DNA from: Tubiluchus corallicola
Lineage: Eukaryota; Animalia; Priapulida
Length of the DNA: 52,338 nucleotides
NCBI GenBank assembly: GCA_030141605.1
Contig: JAQGDQ010002415.1
Span: forward strand, 6,581 to 58,918
Direction of reading: 5' to 3'
In this document: piece after piece, positions 40,119 through 50,457 of the stretch
Position numbering within the stretch: the first letter of the stretch is position 1
How the letters are laid out: every line of letters begins with the position of its first letter
Translations under genes and position numbers: made by a program
The notes under the pieces: generated by a model
What the model was told of the DNA's origin: nothing
Database searches by the model: none
Seen by the model: the letters and a program-made list of their open reading frames with translations, nothing else

Positions 40119-42350
40119 TTATAAGAAAAGTATTTTAGTTACAGCTTTTTCTTGTCCATCGTGGTCTACCACATAGATAAGGTATATTCCAGAAGTTATC
40201 CTTTGTCCACTTTGCTTGCACCCATTCCACGTAGCCTGTCCACCAAGCGAAACAGTCTCATAAACAAGGTTGCCATTAATATTTGTAATTTTCACATTGG
40301 TGTTTTCCTTCAAGCCAGTTATAGTTATTAGCCCTTCATAGTTTTCCCTTACGGGGTTAGGAAAAGCAAATATATCGTTATAACTAGATTTCGGCTCAAT
40401 GGCTTCTCCTCTGTATGAGGTTATACCATATGCTGTGGCTATGAATATTTCCCCAGTATTAGAATCTATAGCAATATCTTTAATATCATTAGAGGGCAAT
40501 GGGCTATTTTGTATATTAAAGTGTTCTAACTGTTTTTTTCCATCACCTGACATAAGGTATACGCCTGAATTTCTCGTGCCAAAACACTTTCTATCAGCAC
40601 CATCTATAGCTATGGAGCTTACTATCTCCATTTCCAAAAGATAGCCAAATGTTCCATCATCATTTGACACAGATACCTTTTCTGCATAAGTGCCTCCTAA
40701 GGCTAACATCTCATAGGGGTGAAAATAGGTTAGCACTCCATTTTCTGTACCAAGCCATAAAATACCCTTTTTGTCCTGTTGCAAAGAGTAGACCTTGTTA
40801 GTCAAAACACCTCCCCCCTCTCCTCTTACTTTAGTCCTAATATATTCATCATCCGATTCTGTTTGCAAGGTAGCCCTATCATTAAATATAAATAATTCGT
40901 CCCCATCATTTAATACTATCCATTTATCGTCATTGGCAGTATTTATCATTCTCCCAAAACTATCATTATTGTTCAAAATATTATAATTATAGGCATACCA
41001 TTGCTTGTTCGGAGTTTTTATTCCTATAGGAGTTGCACTATTAGAGTTTGTTACCCACAAATTGCCGTCCGTATCATAGGTCATACTACCTACCTGCAAC
41101 ATTCCATTGATAGATGGCTCTAAGGGGGTATTAGTTTCATCCCACCTTGTTTTTGTCTGGTTATTTTGCAACTCTAAAATACTGGTTTTGGCTGAAATAT
41201 ATAAATCATCGTTTTGGGGCAAAATATCTACTATATTACTTATTTCTGGATATTGGTAATCAGTCCATTGTTCGTTTTCAAAAATCGAAAATATATTGTT
41301 ATTATTCGATATTACATATATCCTATCATCATAATATTTCAAATTTGCAGTACTATGCCGAGCAGGTGCATTGGGCTGTACAAATTGGGGCGTATTATCA
41401 AGCACTGATAGCTTTATCAATCCCTGCACACTATCAGCAATCCAAACAAACTCAGTATCATTCTGCTTGGCATCGACAGGTACTCCCTCGTAGGTACTCT
41501 TATAGATAACCCTATCATTAGCATCTATCAGCAACACTATATCATCCGCACAAACAATAAGATTTTCCACACCCGTTTCTATGGCTTTTACACTATTATA
41601 TATAGTAGTTGAAGTAGTCCAAGTGTTGTTTTGATAAATATAAACAGTATCCTTATCACCTACTACTCCATTAGCGTACACTTTATTATTAAAACAGGTA
41701 ACTATATTAAAAGTATCATTGGGATTTGGTATTGCAATATCTTTTTTCCACTCGTTGAAATCAGCCAAATTAGAATTGTTTATACTACCCACATAAATAC
41801 CTTCGCTGGTAGCTGCATAAATATTTTTATCAACAGAGCAATAAGCAATATCAAATAGTTGTAGAGCATTGTCTTCTTGGGTAAAATAATAGGTATCCTT
41901 TACCTCGCTCCTTTCCAAATCTAACAAAACTATTCCAAAATTAAAAGCCACATATACCACTCCTTCTATATATACAACCGTTTGAGGTTTTACTTCTTTT
42001 ATATTACTTAATACAATATCAGGAATATTATCTATTGTTTTATCTGTAACAACATCTATATTACCATTCTCATACACTACTATCAAAACATCCGAAGAGG
42101 CAATGTATTTTACCACCTCTATTTTATGCTCTGTTAAACCCTCTACTTTTGATAGAGTATTAATAGTATTATCAACAACATTGTAGTACAGCAAACCTCC
42201 TTCTGCCAAATAATATATTTTATTTCTGCCCACTTCTATTTGCTTCCCCTCATCATAATTAAAATGATTTCGCCATTCCTTCACTCCTATTTGCGAAAAA
42301 ACAATAGCTGACAACAACAGTAATCCTACAAGTAATAAGCTCCTTTTCAC
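40119..42350 (-). CDS. porZ: PorZ-like T9SS beta-propeller protein with CTD
   Basis: Probable GTG start at 42350 giving a signal peptide; WRNHF, TLSKVEGL, YENGNID, IAIDGADRK, NSPLPSNDI, FAFPNPVRENYEGLITITGL..NVKIT..GGQATWNG. Confidence 0.85.
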   Translation of the reverse strand: MKRSLLLVGLLLLSAIVFSQIGVKEWRNHFNYDEGKQIEVGRNKIYYLAEGGLLYYNVVDNTINTLSKVEGLTEHKIEVVKYIASSDVLIVVYENGNIDVVTDKTIDNIPDIVLSNIKEVKPQTVVYIEGVVYVAFNFGIVLLDLERSEVKDTYYFTQEDNALQLFDIAYCSVDKNIYAATSEGIYVGSINNSNLADFNEWKKDIAIPNPNDTFNIVTCFNNKVYANGVVGDKDTVYIYQNNTWTTSTTIYNSVKAIETGVENLIVCADDIVLLIDANDRVIYKSTYEGVPVDAKQNDTEFVWIADSVQGLIKLSVLDNTPQFVQPNAPARHSTANLKYYDDRIYVISNNNNIFSIFENEQWTDYQYPEISNIVDILPQNDDLYISAKTSILELQNNQTKTRWDETNTPLEPSINGMLQVGSMTYDTDGNLWVTNSNSATPIGIKTPNKQWYAYNYNILNNNDSFGRMINTANDDKWIVLNDGDELFIFNDRATLQTESDDEYIRTKVRGEGGGVLTNKVYSLQQDKKGILWLGTENGVLTYFHPYEMLALGGTYAEKVSVSNDDGTFGYLLEMEIVSSIAIDGADRKCFGTRNSGVYLMSGDGKKQLEHFNIQNSPLPSNDIKDIAIDSNTGEIFIATAYGITSYRGEAIEPKSSYNDIFAFPNPVRENYEGLITITGLKENTNVKITNINGNLVYETVSLGGQATWNGCKQSGQRITSGIYLIYVVDHDGQEKAVTKILFL

Positions 42351-42381
42351 TTCAATTAGTGTTTCATATATAAATAACATA

Positions 42382-42419
42382 GGGGATATATCCTCCCTCT
42401 TCACTTAGGACGTATCCCC
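42382..42419 (-). terminator. GC-rich hairpin between rdgB and porZ
   Basis: GGGGATATATCCT / AGGACGTATCCCC inverted repeat, 11 of 13 positions complementary. Confidence 0.45.
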
Positions 42420-42453
42420 AACAAGAAATTATTTTAATATTATCGCTAAAAAA

Positions 42454-43032
42454 TTAGACCCTTTTATTAAGATAGTTAATTAGTTTTTGTATTGCCTTTC
42501 CCCTATGGCTAATAGCATTTTTTTGCTCCAATGGCATTTCTGCAAAAGAAACAGAATAACCTTCTGGAATAAATATTGGGTCGTAGCCAAAGCCCTTTTC
42601 CCCCTTGCGTGTAGTAGTTATATTTCCTTCTACAACTCCTTCAAACTGCTTTTCCTCTCCTTCTTCTATTAGCGAAATTATGGTACGAAACTTAGCCTTT
42701 CTATTCTTAATTCCCTCCATTTTTTGAAGCACCTTATCCATATTCTTCTCCGAGTTTGCCTCATCACCTGCATAACGTGCCGAATACACGCCGGGTTCTC
42801 CCTGCAAGGCTTCTACTTCTAAGCCTGTATCATCTGCAAAACAATTTATTTTGCACTTCTCGTAAATATACTGTGCTTTCTGCTTGGCGTTCTCTTCAAG
42901 AGTTGCATAATCTTCTGGAATATCTCCTACGAAACCTACTTCTTTCAAACTTACTACTTCAAACTTACTACCTAAAAGTTTCTGTATCTCTTTGAGTTTA
43001 TTTCTATTATTAGTAGCAAAAAGCAACCTCAT
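42454..43032 (-). CDS. rdgB: Non-canonical purine NTP pyrophosphatase (HAM1 family)
   Basis: ATNNRNKLKE, ADDTGLEV, PGVYSARYAG, GFGYDPIF, KNAISHRGKA. Confidence 0.96.
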   Translation of the reverse strand: MRLLFATNNRNKLKEIQKLLGSKFEVVSLKEVGFVGDIPEDYATLEENAKQKAQYIYEKCKINCFADDTGLEVEALQGEPGVYSARYAGDEANSEKNMDKVLQKMEGIKNRKAKFRTIISLIEEGEEKQFEGVVEGNITTTRKGEKGFGYDPIFIPEGYSVSFAEMPLEQKNAISHRGKAIQKLINYLNKRV

Positions 43033-43043
43033 CCCCTTAGTAT

Positions 43044-44531
43044 TTATTCTTCATTTACGTTAAGTTCATCTTGTAGTTTTAAGATAGACATATCCTTAGC
43101 TCCTAAGCTAGAATCTTCCATCAAATATTTATCCACCTCCCTTGCAGCTTCACGTCCTTCTGATATTGCCCACACCACCAACGACTGTCCTCTTCTCATA
43201 TCACCTGCAACAAAAACCTTATCTGCAGTAGTTCTATAATTCCGAGCCTTTACATTGCCTCTTTCATCCAATTCTACTTCAAGCTGTTCAAGCAATCCTT
43301 TATGTTGAGGATGAACAAAGCCCATAGCAAGCAACAACAAATCACAAGGCAGCTCCTTCTCTGTTCCTTTCAACTCTTCAAAGTGAAACCCTCCATCCTT
43401 CATTTTCTTCCATTTCACCTTTACTGTTTTTATGGCCTTTATCCTACCTTGTTCATCACCTATTATCTCTTTTGTAAGAGTAGCCCATTGGCGGTTTACT
43501 CCTTCCTTGTGCGATGTTGAAGTCCTTAGCGTTTGTCCCCATTGAGGCCAAGGGTTATTTTTTTCTCTTTTAACAGGAGGCTTAGGCATTATTTCTATTT
43601 GCGTAACCGACTTTGCCTTATGCCTATTCGAAGTCCCTACACAGTCTGCCCCTGTGTCTCCACCCCCTATTACTACTACATTTCTATCGGTAGCCAATAT
43701 ATCTTTCTCCTCAAAGGAAATACCTGCTACCCTTTTATTTTGTTGTTTCAAAAAATCCATAGCAAAACACACGCCCTCTAACTCACGTCCTTTCACCTCC
43801 AAATCTCTTGGCACCGTAGAACCACCACAAAGCACTACTGCATCAAACTCTTCCAATAAGAAATCTGTGGAAACATTCACCCCCACCTCTGCATTAGTTT
43901 CAAAAACCACTCCTTCGCGCTTCATTATATCCACACGTCTTTCTATTACCCACTTTTCAAGTTTAAAATCAGGAATACCATAAGTAAGAAGTCCCCCAAC
44001 CCTATCGTCCCGTTCATACACCACCACCCAATGTCCTACCTTATTTAGTTGAGCAGCCACAGCTAAACCCGCAGGCCCTGAACCTACTATCGCCACTTTT
44101 TTACCCGTTCGTTTTTGGGGTATTTTTGGTTTTATATATCCGTGCTCGTAAGCTTTCTCTGCTATTGTTTTTTCAATAAACTCAATAGTAACAGGCGAAT
44201 TGTTAATCTCTAACGTACAAGCATCTTCACAAGGAGCAGGACATATTCTTCCCGTAAATTCAGGAAAATTATTTGTATCGCCTAATACAGACATTGCCCC
44301 TCTCCAATTTTCCTCGTTTACCATTTCATTAAACTCAGGAATAAGATTGCCCAACGGACAACCACTATGGCAAAAAGGCACACCACATTCCATACACCGT
44401 TCTGCCTGCTTATTTACACCTTCCTCCGTAAACGGATAATACAATTCGTTATAATCTTTCAAACGTTCCTCCACATTCCTCACTGAAGGAATTCTACGTT
44501 CATTTTCTAAAAATCCTTTTGGTTTGGACAT
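43044..44531 (-). CDS. gltD: Glutamate synthase small subunit
   Basis: RCMECGVPFCHSGCP, NNFPEFTGRICPAPCE, GSGPAG, GDMRRGQSLVVWAISEGR. Confidence 0.97.
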   Translation of the reverse strand: MSKPKGFLENERRIPSVRNVEERLKDYNELYYPFTEEGVNKQAERCMECGVPFCHSGCPLGNLIPEFNEMVNEENWRGAMSVLGDTNNFPEFTGRICPAPCEDACTLEINNSPVTIEFIEKTIAEKAYEHGYIKPKIPQKRTGKKVAIVGSGPAGLAVAAQLNKVGHWVVVYERDDRVGGLLTYGIPDFKLEKWVIERRVDIMKREGVVFETNAEVGVNVSTDFLLEEFDAVVLCGGSTVPRDLEVKGRELEGVCFAMDFLKQQNKRVAGISFEEKDILATDRNVVVIGGGDTGADCVGTSNRHKAKSVTQIEIMPKPPVKREKNNPWPQWGQTLRTSTSHKEGVNRQWATLTKEIIGDEQGRIKAIKTVKVKWKKMKDGGFHFEELKGTEKELPCDLLLLAMGFVHPQHKGLLEQLEVELDERGNVKARNYRTTADKVFVAGDMRRGQSLVVWAISEGREAAREVDKYLMEDSSLGAKDMSILKLQDELNVNEE

Positions 44532-44567
44532 ATTTCATTCTATATTATTATTCTACTCTAAATTCAA

Positions 44568-47500
44568 CTATGCCACTTTTCCCTTTTTCTTCAACTCAGC
44601 CAAAGCTCTCTTATAATCTCTAGGTATTACTTTTATAAACTTAGCTATTTCCTCCTTCCAGTTGTCTAATATCTTTTTTGCTATCTTACTATCTGTATAA
44701 CTATGGTGTTTGGTAATAAGCGCTTTCAATGTTTCGATGTCTTCTTCTACAGACTCTTCTAAATCTACCAACTCCATATTGCAATTATCTTTCAGAATAT
44801 TCTTCTTATCGTACACATAAGCTATTCCTCCGCTCATACCTGCTGCAAAATTACGTCCTATACTTCCAAGTATCACCACTACTCCTCCTGTCATATACTC
44901 ACACCCATGATCACCCACTCCTTCTACTACCACTTTTACACCGGAGTTTCTTACAGCAAAACGCTCTCCTCCCAGACCACATATATAAGCCTCGCCCGAA
45001 GTAGCACCATAAAAAGCAACATTGCCTATAATAGCATTTTTATGATGTTCAAACTTTGCTTTCCTATCAGGATAAACAACTAGTTTAGCACCTGACTGCC
45101 CTTTGCCAAAATAATCATTGGCAGCTCCTTCTAATTCCAAACATAGCCCCTTTGCAGAAAACGCTCCAAAACTTTGTCCTGCTACCCCCTTAAATTTGAA
45201 ATGCACAGTATCCTCCGCCAAGCCTTGACTACCATATTTCTTTGATATTTCATTGGAAAGCATTGCCCCCACAGCTCTGTCCGTATTCTTAATAGGGAAC
45301 TTTGCTACTGTTCTCTTTTGATTGCTAATAGAAGACTGCGCAACCTCTATTAACTGTCTGTCCAACACCTTATCTATATTATGGTCTTGTTCTATTTGCT
45401 TGTACACTCCTGATTGGCGAGGTCCTTTATGTAATATTGGACTATAATCAATATTCTTTATCTTCCAGTGGTCAATATTATCCTTCTTTTTAAGCACATC
45501 TACCTGTCCCACCATTTCATTAATAGTTCTATAACCTAATTGTGCCATTATCTCACGCAACTCCTGTGTTATAAATTGAAAATAATTCACCACATATTCT
45601 GGTTTTCCTGTAAATAGTTGACGCAACTTTGAGTTTTGCGTGGCTATCCCTACAGAACAAGTGTTAAGATGGCATTTTCTCAACATTATACAGCCCATTG
45701 TTACCAATGCTGATGTAGCAACACCCCACTCCTCTGCACCAAGTAATGTAGCTATTGCTATATCCCTTCCTGTACGGAGCTGCCCATCCGTTTGAAGCAC
45801 CACACGGCTACGCAAGTTGTTCATTACTAATGTTTGATGGCTTTCAGCCACACCCAGTTCCCAAGGCAAACCGGTATGACGAATAGAAGACAAGGGAGAT
45901 GCTCCTGTTCCGCCATCGTGTCCTGAGACAAGCACCACATCGGCGTGAGCCTTAGCCACTCCTGCAGCAATTGTTCCTACTCCTGCTTCTGATACAAGTT
46001 TTACATTTATCCTTGCCTTGCGATTAGCATTTTTAAGGTCAAAAATTAATTGAGCAAGGTCTTCAATAGAATATATGTCGTGATGAGGTGGAGGTGATAT
46101 AAGTCCCACCCCAGGAGTAGAATTCCTTACTCGTGCAATCCATTCATCTACTTTATGCCCCGGCAATTGCCCCCCTTCACCGGGCTTAGCTCCTTGTGCA
46201 ATTTTTATCTGCAATTCATCAGCATTGGTCAGATAGTTACTCGTAACACCAAATCTCCCTGATGCTACCTGTTTAATAGCAGAGCGTTCCCAATCGCCAT
46301 TAGCTTTCCTTTCAAACCTATCTTCATCTTCTCCTCCTTCGCCACTATTGCTTTTCGCTCCTATACGGTTCATCGCTATAGCAAGTGTAGAGTGTGCTTC
46401 GTACGATATTGACCCAAAGGACATAGCCCCTGTAGCAAACCTTTTTAATATATTTTCAGCAGGTTCTACTTCATCTATATGTATAGAAGTTTGTTCCTTG
46501 AAATCTAGTGTTCCTCTTATGGTGTATAGCTTCTCTGTTTGCTCATTAATTTCTTGTGCAAACTTTTTATACACCTCATAATCCCCCATCTTAGTAGCAT
46601 GCTGCAACAATTCTATCGTAGTAGGATTAAGTATGTGTATATCTCCCTTTCTTCTCCATCGGTATATCCCACCTTCAGGCAATTTGTAAGCCCTTTTATT
46701 CCCTTTCAAGAAGGCAAGTTTATGTTTGGCGAGTGTTTCTTCTGCTATATCATCGAAGCCAAGTCCTTCTATACGCGACACAGTAGAGGTAAAACACTTA
46801 TCTATTACCTTTTTATTTAGACCAAGAGCTTCAAATATTTGTGCTCCGTGATAAGATTGCAAAGTAGATATTCCCATTTTAGAAAATATCTTCAACAATC
46901 CTTTCCCAATAGCTGCAATATAGTTTTCTATACCCTGCTTTTCATCTATATTTGTATTGATGTACTTTTTCTCTTTAAGTAACTTAAAGCTATCAAAAGC
47001 AAGATAAGGATTTACAACATTAGCACCATAGCCTATAAGTGTAGCAAAATGATGTGTTTCGTACACATCACCAGCTTGCACAGCTATACCTGTACGAACT
47101 CTCAATCCCGTTTTAATAAGGTGCTGATGTATTGCTCCCGTTGCAAGTAAAGAAGGTATAGGAGCATTTTCTGTGCTAAATTGATTGTCGGATACAATTA
47201 ATATATTACAACCTTTAAGCACTGCCTCTTCAGCTTCATCTGTTATTCTATCAATGGCTTGCTCTAAACGCCCTTTCTTTCCATCGGCTTTAAAAGTAAT
47301 GTTGATAGTATGCGACCTAAAATAGGAATCTTGTATATTTCGCATCTTTTCTAGCTGCCTATTAGTAATAATAGGCTGCTTAAAAGTAATTTGCTTACAA
47401 TGTAATGGAGTTTCTTCTAATATATTATAGGTTGTTCCAATAGCAGTATGTAGCGACATTACAGGCCGCTCGCGTATAGGGTCCATAGGCGGATTACTCA

Positions 47501-49088
47501 CCTGTGCAAACAACTGTTTAAAATAGTGAGATAGATGTTGGCTTTGCTTTGAAAGTATTGCTAATGGGGTGTCTATCCCCATTGCGCCTAATGGCTCTTG
47601 CGGGTTTTGAAACATCTGTGCAAGTATGAGTCGCATATCTTCCGATGTATAGCCAAATATATGTTGTTTGGTAAGTATTCCATCTACTGAAAACTGATAG
47701 TGCTTTTGAGGCCTATCAGGCAAATCTTCTATAGTGATAGCATTCTCTTTTAGCCATTTACCATAAGGCTGCTTTTCTGCTATTTCTCTTTTTAATTCTT
47801 CATCTTCTATTATCTTGCCTTTTTCAAGATCGGCTACAAATATACGCCCCGGCTGTAATCTATTTTTCAGTCTTATTTTTGATTGGTCAAGAGGTAATGC
47901 TCCTTCCTCTGAACTCATCACAATAATATCGTCTTCAGTAACCGTATATCGTGAAGGGCGTAAACCATTCCTGTCCAATATTGCTCCCACAACCTTACCA
48001 TCGGTAAAACAAATTGAAGCAGGGCCATCCCAAGGCTCTAATAAGTTAGAATGATATTGATAAAATGTTTTTTTATATTCTGGCATTTGTGTGTTATCCT
48101 CCCAAGCTTCTGGTATAAGCATCATCATCACGTGAGGAAGCGACCGTCCACTAAGATGCAGCATTTCTACTGCTTTATCAAAGTTGGATGAATCTGACTG
48201 TGTCTCATCACAAATAGGTAATAACAGCTTAATTTCTTCATCAGTAAAATTAGCTGACTTAAATAATGTTTCATAAGACTTCATCCAGTTTACATTGCCT
48301 CGTATAGTGTTTATCTCGCCATTATGTGCGAGGTATCTAAAAGGTTGTGCCAGTTTCCATCTAGGAAATGTATTGGTCGAAAATCTTGAATGTACTAATG
48401 CAAGAGCTGTTTCTATGCGAGTATCTTCAAGGTCAGGAAAATAACTTTTTACTTGATAAGTGGTAAGCTGCCCCTTGTAGACAATAGTTTTGTGAGATAA
48501 TGTAGGGATGTAAAAATCGTCCTTACTTACTTCGTATCTTTTCCTTATGGTAATAGTAATATGCTTTCTAAGCACAAATAGTCTTCGTTCTAAAACTTCG
48601 GGAGTGATTTTTTGTTTAGCTTTCACAAAAATTTGTTCTACTATGGGTTCTTGGCTTTTAGCTGTATCTCCAATACCTTCATTAACAACAGGTACTGCCC
48701 TGTATCCCAGAAGTTCGAAATTTAGTTTAGAAAGTATTTCTTTGATAGTATTTTTACAGTATTCTTTAAGGTTTTTATCGTTGGGAAAAAATATCATCCC
48801 AACTCCATACTCTCCAAACTTTGGCAATAAAACACCTAACTTCTCACACTCTTGTTGGAAAAATTTATGGGGTATCTGTATTAGTATTCCTGCTCCATCA
48901 CCTGTATTAATTTCTGCTCCCGTAGCTCCACGATGTTCCATATTTTCAAGCATTGTAAGAGCGTTTTCTACAATGGTATGAGAACGCTTGCCTTTGAGGT
49001 GAGCCACAAAGCCAATACCACAAGCATCGTGTTCCAACTGTGGGGAGTATAATCCTTTATTTTTCAAGAGCGAACTATCTTCTTTCAT
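44568..49088 (-). CDS. gltB: Glutamate synthase large subunit
   Basis: EHDACGIGF, HSRFSTNTFP, HNGEINT, EPWDGP, IKQVASGRFGV, QGAKPGEGGQLPG, GDHGCEYMTGG. Confidence 0.98.
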   Translation of the reverse strand: MKEDSSLLKNKGLYSPQLEHDACGIGFVAHLKGKRSHTIVENALTMLENMEHRGATGAEINTGDGAGILIQIPHKFFQQECEKLGVLLPKFGEYGVGMIFFPNDKNLKEYCKNTIKEILSKLNFELLGYRAVPVVNEGIGDTAKSQEPIVEQIFVKAKQKITPEVLERRLFVLRKHITITIRKRYEVSKDDFYIPTLSHKTIVYKGQLTTYQVKSYFPDLEDTRIETALALVHSRFSTNTFPRWKLAQPFRYLAHNGEINTIRGNVNWMKSYETLFKSANFTDEEIKLLLPICDETQSDSSNFDKAVEMLHLSGRSLPHVMMMLIPEAWEDNTQMPEYKKTFYQYHSNLLEPWDGPASICFTDGKVVGAILDRNGLRPSRYTVTEDDIIVMSSEEGALPLDQSKIRLKNRLQPGRIFVADLEKGKIIEDEELKREIAEKQPYGKWLKENAITIEDLPDRPQKHYQFSVDGILTKQHIFGYTSEDMRLILAQMFQNPQEPLGAMGIDTPLAILSKQSQHLSHYFKQLFAQVSNPPMDPIRERPVMSLHTAIGTTYNILEETPLHCKQITFKQPIITNRQLEKMRNIQDSYFRSHTINITFKADGKKGRLEQAIDRITDEAEEAVLKGCNILIVSDNQFSTENAPIPSLLATGAIHQHLIKTGLRVRTGIAVQAGDVYETHHFATLIGYGANVVNPYLAFDSFKLLKEKKYINTNIDEKQGIENYIAAIGKGLLKIFSKMGISTLQSYHGAQIFEALGLNKKVIDKCFTSTVSRIEGLGFDDIAEETLAKHKLAFLKGNKRAYKLPEGGIYRWRRKGDIHILNPTTIELLQHATKMGDYEVYKKFAQEINEQTEKLYTIRGTLDFKEQTSIHIDEVEPAENILKRFATGAMSFGSISYEAHSTLAIAMNRIGAKSNSGEGGEDEDRFERKANGDWERSAIKQVASGRFGVTSNYLTNADELQIKIAQGAKPGEGGQLPGHKVDEWIARVRNSTPGVGLISPPPHHDIYSIEDLAQLIFDLKNANRKARINVKLVSEAGVGTIAAGVAKAHADVVLVSGHDGGTGASPLSSIRHTGLPWELGVAESHQTLVMNNLRSRVVLQTDGQLRTGRDIAIATLLGAEEWGVATSALVTMGCIMLRKCHLNTCSVGIATQNSKLRQLFTGKPEYVVNYFQFITQELREIMAQLGYRTINEMVGQVDVLKKKDNIDHWKIKNIDYSPILHKGPRQSGVYKQIEQDHNIDKVLDRQLIEVAQSSISNQKRTVAKFPIKNTDRAVGAMLSNEISKKYGSQGLAEDTVHFKFKGVAGQSFGAFSAKGLCLELEGAANDYFGKGQSGAKLVVYPDRKAKFEHHKNAIIGNVAFYGATSGEAYICGLGGERFAVRNSGVKVVVEGVGDHGCEYMTGGVVVILGSIGRNFAAGMSGGIAYVYDKKNILKDNCNMELVDLEESVEEDIETLKALITKHHSYTDSKIAKKILDNWKEEIAKFIKVIPRDYKRALAELKKKGKVA

Positions 49089-49193
49089 ATTTTATCCTTT
49101 GCTTTTTTCCTTTGATATTTTGATGTGTATATTTTGCATTACCTATTTGCGGACAAATAACAGAAATAAGAAGAACCCTATTTCGTGTTTCTG

Positions 49194-49201
49194 CAAAGAT
49201 A
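49194..49201 (-). promoter_or_regulatory. -7 promoter element for gltBD
   Basis: TATCTTTG on the minus strand about 105 nt upstream of gltB. Confidence 0.45.
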
Positions 49202-49305
49202 ATAATAATATATTAAATGAAAATAAACAGAAGATGTAAACCTGTAAGCCCTTGTTTTACTCTTATTAGAAACAAAATAATAGCTTAGCTTCTTAAACGC
49301 AACAA

Positions 49306-49569
49306 CTATTTGCTATTTCTCGCCCTTTGTATCCTCTCTCCCAGCTTTTGCCCTACGGCATAAAAAAATATTTCTATCAACAATATAGATATAGTTAATC
49401 TTATATCAAATATATACCGTGTAAAAACAATAACAGGAACAGCTAAATGCACAGCTATAAACCATTGAAATGAAAACTTCTTCACCTTACTCCTCCAATA
49501 TCCAGTGGGAATATTGAAAAGTAAAGTAATAAGCATTAATATAACAATATGTAATGTTTCATTTTCCAT
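49306..49569 (-). CDS. Small conserved membrane protein
   Basis: 87 aa, about three hydrophobic segments, motif NIPxGYWR..KFSxQWFxAVHxxVP. Confidence 0.75.
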   Translation of the reverse strand: MENETLHIVILMLITLLFNIPTGYWRSKVKKFSFQWFIAVHLAVPVIVFTRYIFDIRLTISILLIEIFFYAVGQKLGERIQRARNSK

Positions 49570-49628
49570 TTTATATATCGTGTTAGAAAATTTTAGAATC
49601 TTAATGTCATAATATTATCATTCTTTCT

Positions 49629-50366
49629 TTATAGGTTTTCGAAACAGGTTTTACTTTCTATATTCTCTTCTGCAATAAAATTTTGTCCTGCATATCTTAA
49701 AAACAATTGTACTGTTGCAACTACATCTTTTTCGCAATATTGAGCTATTCTTTTCAAGTTTTTATCTTCCCAATAAACCTTAGCTACCTCACTCCCCTCC
49801 ATATCATCTTTGGGCGAAGGTATGTTAAATACCTCTGTGAGGAGTTCAAGAGAAGTATAATGTTTATAATCGCCAAACTTCCACAGTTCCATTGTGTCCA
49901 AAAATTTCACTTCCCAAGGTTTTTTGCCTGCTATGTTAAGTATCTTTGGCAATGGTAACCCATTAATAAGAAGCCTGCGAGCTATATAAGGAAAATCAAA
50001 CTCCTTTCCATTATGAGCACACAAATTGGCATAAGGTTTTTGAGCGTGATCATTCAATATTTTTGAAACACCTTTTAGAATTTCTACTTCGTCCTCCGAA
50101 ACAAGAGACCTCAAAGTTAGCTTTTTTATATCCTTTTCCATCCTTATCATTCCTACAGAGACACATACTATTTTTCCAAATTCGGAATAAATTCCTGCCC
50201 TTTCATAAACATTTTCTCCTGTTTCTTCTTCTTTTCTGAAAAAATTGGATTTCTTGTCCCATAATTTTTGCATCCTCTTAGAAAGGTTTAAATAATTAAA
50301 CTCTGCGGGGACTGTTTCTATATCTAAGAATAATATCTTGTCTAAATATTTGATGTTTAAAATCAT
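49629..50366 (-). CDS. PolB-like 3'-5' exonuclease (DEDD)
   Basis: FLDIETVP, AHNGKEFDFPY, KKPWE..LDTMELWKFG, YCEKDV. Confidence 0.9.
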   Translation of the reverse strand: MILNIKYLDKILFLDIETVPAEFNYLNLSKRMQKLWDKKSNFFRKEEETGENVYERAGIYSEFGKIVCVSVGMIRMEKDIKKLTLRSLVSEDEVEILKGVSKILNDHAQKPYANLCAHNGKEFDFPYIARRLLINGLPLPKILNIAGKKPWEVKFLDTMELWKFGDYKHYTSLELLTEVFNIPSPKDDMEGSEVAKVYWEDKNLKRIAQYCEKDVVATVQLFLRYAGQNFIAEENIESKTCFENL

Positions 50367-50457
50367 TTTTATTTACATTTTTTCTTTTTTTTAAGTAAAT
50401 TGCAAATTAATTTAAATTATTAATAAAGTTAATAACTTTCTTTATTTTACTTTGAAA

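Noticed and set aside
40119-42350. porZ as part of the Rhs operon system
   Set aside because: It is 31 kb away in a housekeeping context and only shows that the organism has a T9SS
42351-42404. porZ start at 42404
   Set aside because: It overlaps a hairpin, and GTG at 42350 gives a typical signal peptide
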